Shown here: piece after piece, positions 43,668 through 56,900 of the stretch
Layout: every line of letters starts with the position of its first letter
Numbering within the stretch: the stretch's first letter is position 1
DNA from: Octopus vulgaris
Taxonomy: Eukaryota
Assembly: GCA_951406725.2 (NCBI GenBank)
Contig: OX597832.1
Span: 50,344,001-50,408,000, forward strand
Length of the DNA: 64,000 bases
Reading direction: 5' to 3'
Notes under the pieces: model-generated
Told to the model about the DNA's origin: nothing
The model's database searches: none
The model's input: only the letters and a program-made list of their open reading frames with translations
Position numbers and translations under genes: made by a program

Positions 43668-45707
43668 GTAAGTTTAGCCATTTATATATATATATATATG
43701 GAGGCACGATGGCCCAGTGGTTAGGGCAGCGGATTTGCGGTTGTAGGATCGCAGTTTCAGTTCCTAGACCGGGCGTTGTGAGTTTTTATTGACCAAAAAC
43801 ACCTAAAGCTCCACAAGGCTCCGACAGGGGCTGGTGGCAATCCCTGCTGTACTCTTTTGCCACAACTTCCTCTCACTCTTTCTTCTGTTGGCCTGCTCGC
43901 TTAGCCAGCGGAGTGGCGTCATTTGAAAGCTAAAACAATGCAAAGCGCATTGTGACCAGCGATGTGTAGCAACATCTGATAGCCTGGTCAGTCATGGTGA
44001 TCACGGTGATATATACCATAAATCCTCAAGTATAATCTACATTTTTTCCCCAAAATTTAAAGGTCAAAATCCCTAGTGTGTATTATACACGGGGTTAAAA
44101 ATGAAAATTATTTCTAAGCAATGTCTGACTCTCTATTTGCTGTCCAGCAATGTTTATTCAAACGCATTTTGTGATGTCGGTCGCGAAAATACCTTAAGCT
44201 AAGCCTGAAAGCAATGAAGTCATAAAAGAATCATCCATAACTTGCAGTAAGCAACATTTATTAAACGTTATTACTGTTATTTCTTTATTTTCTGCAAGCA
44301 AAATGCACAAAAAAGCTACACGTTTGTATTATGTTATATATACAATAATAATAAAGTATGTTACCGCATACATTTTTACAAACTAAGGACGTTATTTAGA
44401 CCTCCTTGACTCAAGTTTGAGAAGGGGTGTGTATTATACACAGGGTTTAGGTTTTCCAGAGGTACACCCTCTTAAAAATCCCCTGCGTATTATACTCAAG
44501 GGTGGACTATACTAGAGGATTTACAGTATATATCTCATCAACATCATCATTTAATGTTCATTTTCCATGCTGGCATGGGTTGGACAGTCCAACAAGAGCT
44601 GACCACCTGAAGGGCTATTCAGGCTTCATGTCTGTTTTATCATGGTTTCTATGTCCGGATGCCCTTCCTAATGCCAACCACTTTACAGAGTGTACTGGGT
44701 GCTTTCATGCAGCACCAGCACAAATGCTTTTTATGTGGCACCAGCACTTATGAGCCTACAAGAAAGACTAGGGATGCTCAGCTGGAGAGGGTTGCAGGGG
44801 ACAAGCCTGTATGCAAGGGCAGCCATGCTTTTATTTAGCTTGACATTCCATTTCAAGCACAGCAAACCACCAGGACTCTCAGCCCCCTTTTGTCCCCTCT
44901 GTAAGTCCCAATGTCTACATATATATATATATATATATATTTATATTTTTATATGTTTATATGCATTTTTGTTTGAATAAGTTTCATTTTTTTTAATATT
45001 AATCCACCACCACCATCATACGTCCACACCCACATCACACACACCTACACCTCTACATCACAAATACCCACACCTAACCCCTCACAAACACCCTCCACAC
45101 CTACCTACACCTGCCCCCACAGACTCCTGTACCTTCCCCATCACGCACATGCAGTCACACCTACCACACCCACCTGCACTTACAACACATCCTCCCACAC
45201 TTATCCCCTGCCCCACATTTTGAACCAGCAGTAATGCTTCTATGTAGTTTCTTGCTCTGCTTGAAAGAGCAGCCATTTTTCCCCAAGTCACACACACACA
45301 CACACTACTGTCTTTGGGGAAAAAAAAATGGGAGAACCATGGTTGAAACAATTTTGCCCATTGATCTACTGAATCAAGGCTGACCTGGGGCTAAAAAACA
45401 ACAACACCATGCACATTTTCATGTACATGAAACATAGAGTAGGTACATAGAAAATACTGAAGTGTCGGAGTAAATGATTCTCTGTTTTTACGAAGGGGTG
45501 CTAAAAAGTTCCTAGCTTTGGCTAAAAAAAAAAAAATAGAGGAGGATCAGTTAATTATGATTTTATTCAACACATTACCCTCTCAGATGCACACACTTAT
45601 TGCAGTGGTCCTTCAGTTTTTCTAAGCCCTGTAAAAGAACTTGGAAGGTTGGGCCTCCAACCAGGCCTTTTGCAATACCCTTAAAACCAGGAACTTTTCA
45701 GCACCTC

Positions 45708-45750
<43 letters not shown>

Positions 45751-48700
45751 TAAATTAGAGATAAAACCACTATTAGGCAAATCAAACAGTGAAAAACATA
45801 AACCTAAACATAGAAATAAAATTAATTAATATAATATACAAAATAAATATAAAATTCAAAATTTAAATTATTTAAATTTAAAGTTAAAAATTTTAAATTA
45901 TTAATTTATATTTATAAATTTTTATATATATATATATATATTTTTTTTATTTATTTTTTTTTTATTAAATATATATAACTATCAAAAAGTATTAAAAGGT
46001 TTGATATAAGATAAAAAGTAAAACCACACACACACATAAAACCAAACCTCAGACCCCAAACCATGTGGTTGGAAATCAAACTTTTTAACTGCATAGAGGT
46101 TTTGACAGAAAAAAAAAAAGAAAACCTCTTTATTTTCTCTTTCTACATCTATTTTATTGCCCTCATACTTTATTCTATTTAATTTATATTTTTTCCAGGT
46201 CTTCCAAACTTCCGGCATGGTATCTGCATACCCATGGACACAAAAGGAACTGATCCCCGACTTTTATTAGAAGAAATTTCAATAGAAAGAAACCGAATAA
46301 CTCTAGGTGAAATCTTGCTTGAAGGTAATTTCTCATCCTAAAGACCAGTTCTGTTTCCATCTCGTAATAAGCTAATTGTTCACCATTAATTATCATCATC
46401 ACACCTTCACCCAGTCTATGCTTTATCATAAAGCATATCTTATTTCTTTACTGCCCGCAAGGGGCTACACACAGAGGGGACAAACAAGGACAGAGAAAGG
46501 GATTAAGTAGATTATATCGACACCAGTGCGTAACTGGTACTTATTTAACCAACCCCGAAAGGATAAAAGGCAAAGTCGACCTCAGCAGAATTTGAACTCA
46601 GAACGTAGTGGCAGACAAAATACCTAATTCTTTATTACCCACAAGGGGCTAAACAAGGACAGACATAGGTATTAAGTTGATTACATCGACCCCAGTGCGT
46701 AACTGGTACTTAGTTAACCAACTCCGAAAAGGATGAAAGGCAAAGTTGACCTCAGCAGAATTTGAACTCAGAACGTCGTGGCAGATGAAATACCTAATTC
46801 TTTATTGCCCACAAGGGGCTAAACATAGAGGGGACAAACAAGGACAGACATAGGTATTAAGTTGATTACATCGACCCCAGTGCGTAACTGGTACTTAATT
46901 TATTGACCCCGAAAGGATGAAAGGCAAAGTCAACCTCAGTAGAATTTGAACTCAGAACGTAGTGGCAGACGAAATACCTATTTCTTTATTACCCACAAGG
47001 GACTAAACATAGAGGGGACAAACAAGGACAGACATAGGTATTAAGTCGATTACATCGACTCCAGTGCGTAACTGGTACTTAATTTATCGACCCTGAAAGG
47101 ATAAAAGGCAGAGTCGACCTCAGCAGAATTTGAACTCAGAACGTAGTGACCGACGAAATACCTATTTCTTTATTACCCACAAGGGGCTAAACACAGAGGG
47201 GACAAACAAGGACAGACATAGGTATTAAGTTGATTACATCGACCCCAGTGCGTAACTGGTACTTAATTTATCGACCCCGAAAGGATAAAAGGCAAAGTCG
47301 ACCTCAGCAGAATTTGAACTCAGAACGTAGTGGCAGACGAAATACCGCTAAGCATTTCGCCCGGCATGCTAACGTTTCTACCAGCTTGCCGCCTATCATG
47401 AAGCATATCTGACCACTTTGAACTCAGAATGCAAAGACGGATGAAATGCCATGAAGTGTTTTGCCTGATATGCTAATGATTCAGTTAGCTCACCGCCTTT
47501 TTCCTGTTTAATATTGAGTCAGATATTTCTTTGTATTATGTTACAGAATGCTAGCGAATGGGGTATAACTAAAATATAACAATATTTATTTAGTGTTGAT
47601 TTTATAAGATTTTTTTTTTATATTTTGCTTATATTTTTTTCTTCCTGTTTTTAAACCCTTACAAAATGATGGAAACCCAAATAGTTGTCTAATTAAGCTA
47701 TCATGTACTACCAGCTCATATATCATGGATTTTTGTCTGTCTGCAATTTGATTTTTTTTTTTTTGTAACTCAGTGTAAAAAAAAATAAAGTATGAGGAAG
47801 ATTTTAAATATACTCGTCATTATGTAACATTAATAAATTGATATGTGTCTGGAAATATACTTAGTAGGTAAAAGTATACTTAGTAGGTAAAAGTAAGGTA
47901 CTGATATACTTAAAATATGCAACAAGTTTTTTAAAAAAGGCCATGTTATTCAGTGACTAATATTATCAGTTATTAACCCTTTCGTTACTGTATTTATTTT
48001 GAGATGCTCTGTGTTGTTTTCAATTACTTTAAATATAACAAAGAATTTAGTAAAATAACTTAGTTATCATTAAGCTAGTGTTAGGAACATCAATTGTGAC
48101 TAAGGTTTGGTGGAAGATTTTCATTCAAAACTTATGAAAACAAGACATTTGTACTGCAGAGCCAAGGCCGGTTTTAGCCGGGTTGGTAACGAAAGGGTTA
48201 AGGCATCGAGCTGGCAGAATCATTAGCACACTAGGTAGATTGCTTAGAGGCATTCCATCTGTCCTTATTTTCTGGGTTCAAATTCCACTGTTTTTATTCC
48301 TGATAGAATTTATGCGGATAGCAGGTTAATACCCGTAACCTTAGGTATCCGCAAGCTTTCAGTAGTCTTTCAAGTGTTTAAGACCCTCCTGATAATCATC
48401 CCTGTCCCTAAGAGGCAAACTTTCCCCATTCCTGTTTATTTATTTTGTCTTTTATTCTTCAAGGAACATTTGGTCAAATTTATTGTGGTACAATTATCAC
48501 AGAAGATGAGAAAGGAGGGGAATTTGAGCAAGAAGTATTTATCAAAACTATCACAGGTGAGTTTAATTAATAATGTAATCCTATGTACTATCATTAATTC
48601 AATCAATTTTTTCTTTATCCGTTTAGCATTTGAACTGGCCATATCTGGCTTAGATATTTTACCTGTTTTATGTTCAATCTAACCAGATCTAGCCTCTCAC

Positions 48701-51700
48701 ACCTATCCTACATTGTCATTCTAAAAATAAGCAATCACATCATGAAAATCTATGAGATAACACATGATTAATTCAAAACAATCATCGTCATTATCATCAT
48801 CATCGTTTAGCGTCCGCTTTCCATGCTAGCATGGGTTGGACGGTTCAACTGGGGTCTGCGAAGCCAGAAGGCTGCACCAAGCCCAGTCTGATCTGGCAAT
48901 GTTTCTATGGCTGGATGCCCTTCCTAACGCCAACCACTCCGTGAGTGTAGTGGGTGCTTTTTACGTGTCACTGGCACAGGTGCCAGACGAGGCTGGCAAA
49001 TGGCCACAATCGGATGGTGCTTTTTACGTGCCAAGCATTACATTTGAGTGAAGGTGCATGGCTCTGGTTAGAGCGTCAGGCTCACAATCATGAGGTAGTA
49101 AGTTCGATTTCCAGTCCGGGCTGCATAGTGTGTTCTTGAGCAAGACACTTTATTTCACGTTGCTCCAGTTCACTCAGCTGTAGAAATGATTTGCAATGTC
49201 ACTGGTGCCAAACTGTATCTGCTTTTCCCTTGGATAACATCAATGATACAGAGAGGGGAGGCTGGTATGCAGAGGCAACTGCCAGTCTTCCATAAACAAC
49301 CTTGCCCAGACTTGTGCCTCAGAGGGGAACTTTCTAGGTGCAATCCCATGGTCATTTAAGTTAAGTTAAGTTAATTTTTTGGCTCAAAAAGCAAAAAGCA
49401 AGGCCATGTAGGGGGACATGGAGTTATGTACGGGATGGTGTTCATGCAAAGAGTTCAGGCCATTTGTGGTCAAATGAGACTTTGAACCGAGCGGTCGTCG
49501 GCATCTTCACTATCTCGTCTGGCAGCTTATTCCACAGATCTGCAACCCGGACAGAGAAAGCCCCTCTCCTTCGATTGAGATGAAATCGTCGCAGATAGAG
49601 CTTTTCGGAGTGACCCCGCAGCCGACCCTCTAGAGCAAGAGTGAAGAACAGCTCTTTCGAGAGGTTACACTTTCCGCTTATGATGTGGGTCTTTACCCTT
49701 TACATTTGACAGAATAATCTGAATGCTAAAGGGTTAAACATAAACATGAAGGTTTGTATCAAAGTGAGAAATTACTATTGTGATAATCCTTTATCTTATT
49801 TATAAAATATTTCCAATATTATTGTTAATTGCAGACCAAGCACGTTCAGATCAGACCCAAGTGTTCCTGCAAGAATGCTGTATGCTGAAAGGGCTTATAC
49901 ATGAAAACATCAACCCAGTACTAGCAGCATGCCTCACCCCACCTGATCAACAACCCCTCATAGTATTTCATGCCACCAGTGAAGGCAACCTAAAAAAGTT
50001 TTTACAGAAATGCCGCATGTCAGAATGTGGTTCACATTACGTACGTTGTTACTCTCTTTGAGAATTTATTTATTTTTTAACGTGTGTGTGTATGTGTGTG
50101 ATAAAGTAATATAAGAGCAAAATCTCTTGAAAATATACTTCACATAGAGCAAGCATTATCTGACATAGAACTCAATATGTTGGGTGGAGTGCACAGATCC
50201 TATATACTAAATGAAAGGCCCTGTTGTCATTATTGTCTTTACCCACTATGCTATTTGGGTTCTAGTATAATAATAATAATAATGATAATAATAATGAAAT
50301 TATTGTATACAGTGCTCAGGTGCACCACAACTTGTCAAAAAGTGCATATAAAGCATATGCAGTAATGTACAAATGTCTGGGAAGTGAACAGTGTATGAGT
50401 CAGACACATGCTTGCATGTGTATGGGGGGGAGAAAAATCAGGTGTAGTGTTGGCGAATCTCAGGAAGCATGGAAGTTCTGAAGGATGCAGTGCTCCGACA
50501 ACTAACAACTGATGCTGGCAGTTTGTTCCATACTTCAGCAACTCTGAGCATGAAAAAATGTTTCTGAAAGTATTTTCTGGTCAGTTGATGACCTCTCAAC
50601 CCTGTATAAATTCCTGTTGCATAATATAATGTATATGTACTCGTATACATCTATACGCAGATGATGTATCAGAGCAGCTGTGGTCTATTGAACTGGATAT
50701 AGTAAATATTTCTTGCAGACCAACAGTGGGATAAAATGCAATGTCTGAGCTGACTGATAGGATTGGAACTCATTAATCATTAATCAACAAAATTGATTAC
50801 TATTCAACATGTGCCATCCTTAAAGATCTGATAATAAAAGCACAATAAATTGGAGAGGATTGTAGTTCACTTGAAGCACTGTGTATTGTTTGTAAAGAAT
50901 AAAAAGCTTTGAATGGTACAACAATGCACTATAATTACAACAGGTATATAGCCCATTGTCTGTATTATAGTGCATTGTTGTACCATTCAAAACTTTTTAT
51001 TCTTTACAATAAATTGTATTAAGATAATAGTAATAATAATGAGTTTAAATTTTGGAACAAGGCCAGTAAATTATAGAGTGTGAGTTAGTGGCATGGTTAT
51101 GTAGTTTGTTATTTATGTTTGGATGTTTTTGAAGGTAAATAAGGTTTCATATTATTTATTTGAGTGGTTTAATAAAGTTCATTGATTACATGCTGGTTCC
51201 ATGGGGGGAAAAGTACCCATCCCGGTGCCAGGTGAGAAGTACCTGTGCTGGGGCCATGTAAAAAGCACCTGTACCAGTGCCATGTATAAAGCACCCATTG
51301 CTGGTGCCATGTAAAAGACACCCAGTACACTCTAAAATGGTTGGCATTGGGAAGGGTATCGAGCTGTAGAAACCAGGTCAAAACAGACAATAGGGGCCTG
51401 ATGCAGATATCTGGTTTACCAGCTCCTGTCAAACTGTCCAACCTATGCCAACATGGAAAACAGATGTTAAATGATGATGATTGATTAATTAATTATCATC
51501 ATCATCATCATCGTTTAATGTCCGCTTTCCATGCTAGCATGGGTTGGACGATTTGACTGGGGACTAGCGAACCAGATGGCCGCACCAGGCTCCAATCTTG
51601 ATCTGGCAGAGTTTCTACAGCTGGATGCCTTTCCTAATGCCAACCACTCCAAGAGTGTAGTGGGTGCTTTTACGTGCCACCGGCACAAGGGCCAGTCAGG

Positions 51701-53930
51701 CAGTACTGGCAACAGGTATCCACACCCAAATGGCGTTTTTTTTTATGTGCCACCTGCACACTGGCACATGTGCCAGTAAGGCGACACTAGTAATGATCAC
51801 GCTCGAATGGTGCTTTTTTTGTGCCACTGGCATGGACGCTACTTAGCCGCTCTGGCAACAATCACGCTCGGATGGTGCTCTTAGTGCTCCACTAGCACGG
51901 ATGCCAGTCATTGAATTTGATTTCAATTTCACTTGCCTCAACAGATCTTCGCAAGCAGTCTCCAATGAAGGACAGGTACACATAAGTGGGCTGGTTACAC
52001 CCCTGGCATAGGACACAAGGTTATGGTCTCATTTGGCTTGCTGGGTCTTCTCAAGCACAGCATATTTCCAAATCATTTGTTATATTCATGCAACACCTTG
52101 CAAGAAGCAAATCACTTTTATAAACGTTTCTCCTGTGCAGCAGATCATGAAATCTTGTATGTTTGTTATGTGAAAAGTTGATAGTCTGCTCAGTGTTTGG
52201 AACCTCAACTGTAGTGTTTGCACGGTGTTAAATTGACATTGATAACAACTTGATTTTAACTTCCAGGCTCTCAACACACAGCAGTTAGTCTACATGGCAA
52301 TACAAATAATCCGAGGAGTCCAGTTTTTGCATCGGAAAAAGATAGTTCACAAAGATTTGGCTACAAGAAATTGTTTGTAAGTATTAGTGGCCCATCTTAT
52401 GACAATCAACTTGAAGTATTACTTAAGGCGGTGAGTTGGCAGAAACATTAGCACGCTGGGCGAAATGCTTTGCAGTATTTCGTCTGCCATTATGTTCTGA
52501 GTTCAAGTTCTGCCAAGGTCGGCTTTGCCTTTCATCCTTTCGGGGTCGATTAAATAAGTACCAGTTATGCACTGGGGTTGATGTAATCGACTTAATCTGT
52601 TTGTCTGTTCTTGTTTGTCCCCTCTGTGTTTAGCCCCTTGTGGGGAGTAAAGAAATAGGTATTGTGTGTATATTGTGTGTGTGTATGAATGTTTGTGCAA
52701 TAATGAGGTATGTGCCATGAGTGAATACTCAGGGTAGACATAACTACTAAAATAAATTAAAGTAAATTGGCACGAAAAAGTCCTGCAGTTTCAGAGTTAT
52801 CAAACCTGGTAATCAAACCTGGTAATCTTTTGCTGAGCTGCAAAGTTACAGGGAAATAAACAAACCAACACCAGTTGTCAAGATGTGTTATAAAATCCTG
52901 CCCAAGCACTTGTCTTCAAAGCAAGTAACTATTGGTAGCTCGTACTGTACACATTAAATGATATTTATATCTTACCAGATGGAGTTGTTTTTTTGTTGAT
53001 CTTACCTCTGTAGAACAGTAAACTCTGTGTGTGTATATCTGGAGCCTGGTGCAGCCTCCTGGCTTCCCAGACACCGGTCGAACCATCCAACCCATGCTAG
53101 CATGGGAAACGGACATTAATTGATGATGATGATGGTATATCTTTATCTTTTACGTTTTACTTGTTTCAGTCATTAGACTGTGGCCATGCTGGAGCACCAC
53201 CTTGAAGAAGTTTTTAATCAAATGTATCAACCCCAGTACTTATTTTTTAAAACCTGATACTTAATCTATCAGGCTCTTTTGCCAAACTGCTATGTTATGG
53301 GGACATAAACACACCAGCACCGGTTGTTGAGTGGTGGTCAGGGTGGAGAAGATACACACACACATGACAGGCTTCTTTCAGTTTCCATCTACAAAATCCA
53401 CTCACAAGGCTTTAGTTGGCCCAGGGCTATAGTAGAAGACACTTTCCCAAGATGCCATGCAGTGGGACTGAACCCAGAGCCATGTGTTAGGGAAGCAAGC
53501 TTCTTACCACACAGCCACACCTGCTCCTATACATACATATATACATGCATGCATGTATCTCTCTCTATATAAACGGCAGTTTGTCTGTGCGTGTTTCTGT
53601 GTGTCTGTTTGCTTGTACCCTCACCCTGACCACGGCTTTCAACCGATTCTGATGAAACTTGACACACACATAGCCCAATGTCATAATTCAAAACTAACAC
53701 AGCGAAAATTTTGAAAAGTTCCCCCAGTTCTGAAAAAAATCGATAAATTCGACATGGTGTCGAGAATCAGAAACATGAACCACAAACTGTCTAGGGGACG
53801 CAACTCCACCTTTTTTAAATCTCAAAAAAAATTTACCATCATGTTTTTGCTATTTTTTGGCTATAACTCTCTAAAATTGCCTTATAGTTATTTCCCTTAC
53901 AAACCTGAGCAACGCCGGGCGATACTGCTA

Positions 53931-53970
<40 letters not shown>

Positions 53971-56900
53971 CTTAAGCACATCATCATCATTTACCATCCG
54001 TCTTCCATGCTAGCATGACTATATAATTATATACATATGTATATCTGTTTTTCTCTTCTTTCTGCAGAGTCGACAGTGATTTAGGTTTGAAAATTACAGA
54101 CAATTCATTATCACGGGATTTATTCCCTAACGATTACAATTGCTTAGGGGACAATGAAAACCGACCTGTAAAATGGTTATCCATTGAAGCTCTCCTTACT
54201 CATAGATTCTCTCCTGCCAGTGATGTGGTAAGTCTTGTCATTTCATTGATCTCTTTCCTTCTCTCATCCCCTTGAACTCTTCGTTATTTTCTTCCGCTGC
54301 TGTTTCCCCTTCATACATGACTACTATACCTCAACACTACTTGACTTATATACACACTTATATATAAAGCTGTATACACAAGCATAGCTAGCGTGTGTGC
54401 TACCTTCCGTTTGATGACTATGGGCCCCACAGAAAACACACATTGCCTACAGCAGACCCAGAGGTGGTACCCCTCTAAAAGTGCCGCCTGGGGCGGAACG
54501 CCCCTACTGCCTGTCCCCCACTAGCTACACTAGTGACTGTATATGACTATGTTTGCATCAGCAGTATGGAACCCCTATCTTGCTTGGCATATCAATCTGC
54601 TAAAAACTGACTAGGCAGACAGACTGACATCCTCCCCTCTCCATTGAAAGGGGGACTGGAGTAACATGAAATGAAGTGTTTTGTTCAATAACGCAACCCG
54701 CCACCCAATCAGGGAATTGAACCCATGATCTAGCGACTGTAAGTGCAACAGCTTAACCACTAGGCCATGCACCTTCACATATGAGTATCTATTGCAATAT
54801 AATTTTTTAGATAATTTTTCCCATTTACATATCCTGGCCAAGTCTGCAACATAACTCTTTTATATTTTCTTGTCTGTGAGTTTCAGAGTTATCAAACCTG
54901 GTAATCTTTTGCTGAACTGCAAAATTACAGGGAAGTAAACAAATCAACACCAGTTGTCAAATCGTGGTGCAGGACACGCAACGAAAGCATACATAGATAC
55001 ACATGCATATATACCATAGGCTTCTTTCAGTTTCCATCTAATTCACTCACAAGGCTTTGGTCACCCTAGGCTATAGTAGAAGACACTTGCCCAAGGTACC
55101 ACGCAGTGGGACTGAACTCAGAACAACATGGTTAGGACGCAAGCTTCTTACCATCACAGTCACACCTGAGAACTTGCCACCATTAACGCTAGTTGTTCTT
55201 TCATCTAGCGTATATCATCTTTTGGCAAACTTGTCCTTCTAAACTGTAAACTATTTAAGTAGAAGTAAATTTACTAAACATAAATGAATGTGTTGCTTAG
55301 TTTCAATAAATCCCTTTTTTAATTATACTCTTATTTTACTTCAAATTAATTTGACTTTTTGACCTGTTGTTGTTGAATATAATATAATATAATAATTTCT
55401 TTCTTTTTTTTATTAATTTTATTTGCTTTGTTCTTCATTTTTCTTCAGAAGTCTATATTTTCACCAGGTTGTTGATAATTACAAGAAAAGACTATTAAAA
55501 AAATACATCACAGTAGTTATATCATCTCCCTTGAATTATTTACAGTCAAATAATTACAGAATCGTCATATAAAGAAGTCTTCTGTAATTACGTTTTCGAC
55601 ATGTTGCAGTTGTTTCCCTTTGCGTCATAACTTATCCTACATTTTTCTCAATTCATCTAAATAATAAATTTTTATCTCGATCTTTGAATTTTTACTAATT
55701 GAAACAATTTTTGATGGTGGATATCATAATGAGCGATATTCCACAGTTCGGGCAGATGACTAACTGGTTGTAATTGTTTATCTTCAGATAGGGCAGATTC
55801 TATGATCAAAGATCTTTCAGTCTTCACCACTCCATCTTTTTTTCATCCATAGGGTATCTAGGACTTCAGTACCCGGTGGTGCTTTTTTTTTTTTCTTTAA
55901 AGATGTGATATGAAGGATATTTAAAAACTTATTCATTGGCTTAGATACTGGTAGTTTAATTTGGTGGATATTTGGCTGCTATTTCTCGCAAGATGAGCAC
56001 CCACAACATCTGGTTGCAAATGATGGCAACATGGATTTGAGGCAACTTTTGAAGTAATACAAAAATTATGGTTTTATCTGGAATGGTGATGTCAGCAACA
56101 AATCTAGAAACACCCAGAGAACACTTAACATTACATTTCTATCTGGTGTAAACATCTTTGTCTTCAGGTTAACACAATTTAAACAATGAAAAAAGTAGTA
56201 ACCAAATTCCTCTCAAACTAGATTGCCAGATCATGGTTCGATTCCTGGACTGGGTGGCGTGTTGTGTTCTTGAGCTAAATACTTTGTTTCACATTGGTCA
56301 GGTGTTGTATGGGATCCAATGTTTTTTCTGTGTCATAAGAGTTGGCTAAGAGACATTGAGATAGGATTTGCTCTTTGAGTTCTTAAAATCCTCACCAGTA
56401 ACAACTACCCAAGACAGACCCATGGGTTGGAGGGTTCTCGCCTCAGTGGTGCAAAGGTGTCATCTTCCAGGAATAAGGAGACCATGCCAAAGCAAATAGC
56501 AGAGGTGAAAGAAGATGATGCTTGTACAAGGTACCATATAGTGGGATTGAACCTGGGATCAGAAGGTTTGAGAGCAAGCATCTTAACACGACACAGCTAT
56601 GTCTGTGCCTATAAAACAAAAACAACTTCTTAGATTTTTGGCCCAGTGCCATGAATTACGTATAGTCTTTTGAACACCTCGTACTTTGAATTTTTTTCAA
56701 GTGCAGATATATAAAAGTCATTAATGACTTTGGTGATTCTTAAAAACAAGACAGAGAACTATGAATAGCACACAGCATTGTTATTCCATAATCTATGGTT
56801 TTTTTTTTTTTGTTTGGCATCCTTTCTGTCTCGGGAGACAATGGAGTTGCGCATTTTTTTTTTTTTTTTTTTTTTCTAGGTCTAGTCCGGCTGTTATATT

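Noticed and set aside
53645-53662. CTGATGAAAC as a hammerhead core (likewise 17939)
   Set aside because: No stem II between CUGAUGA and GAAA; part of a Helitron motif or coding relic.
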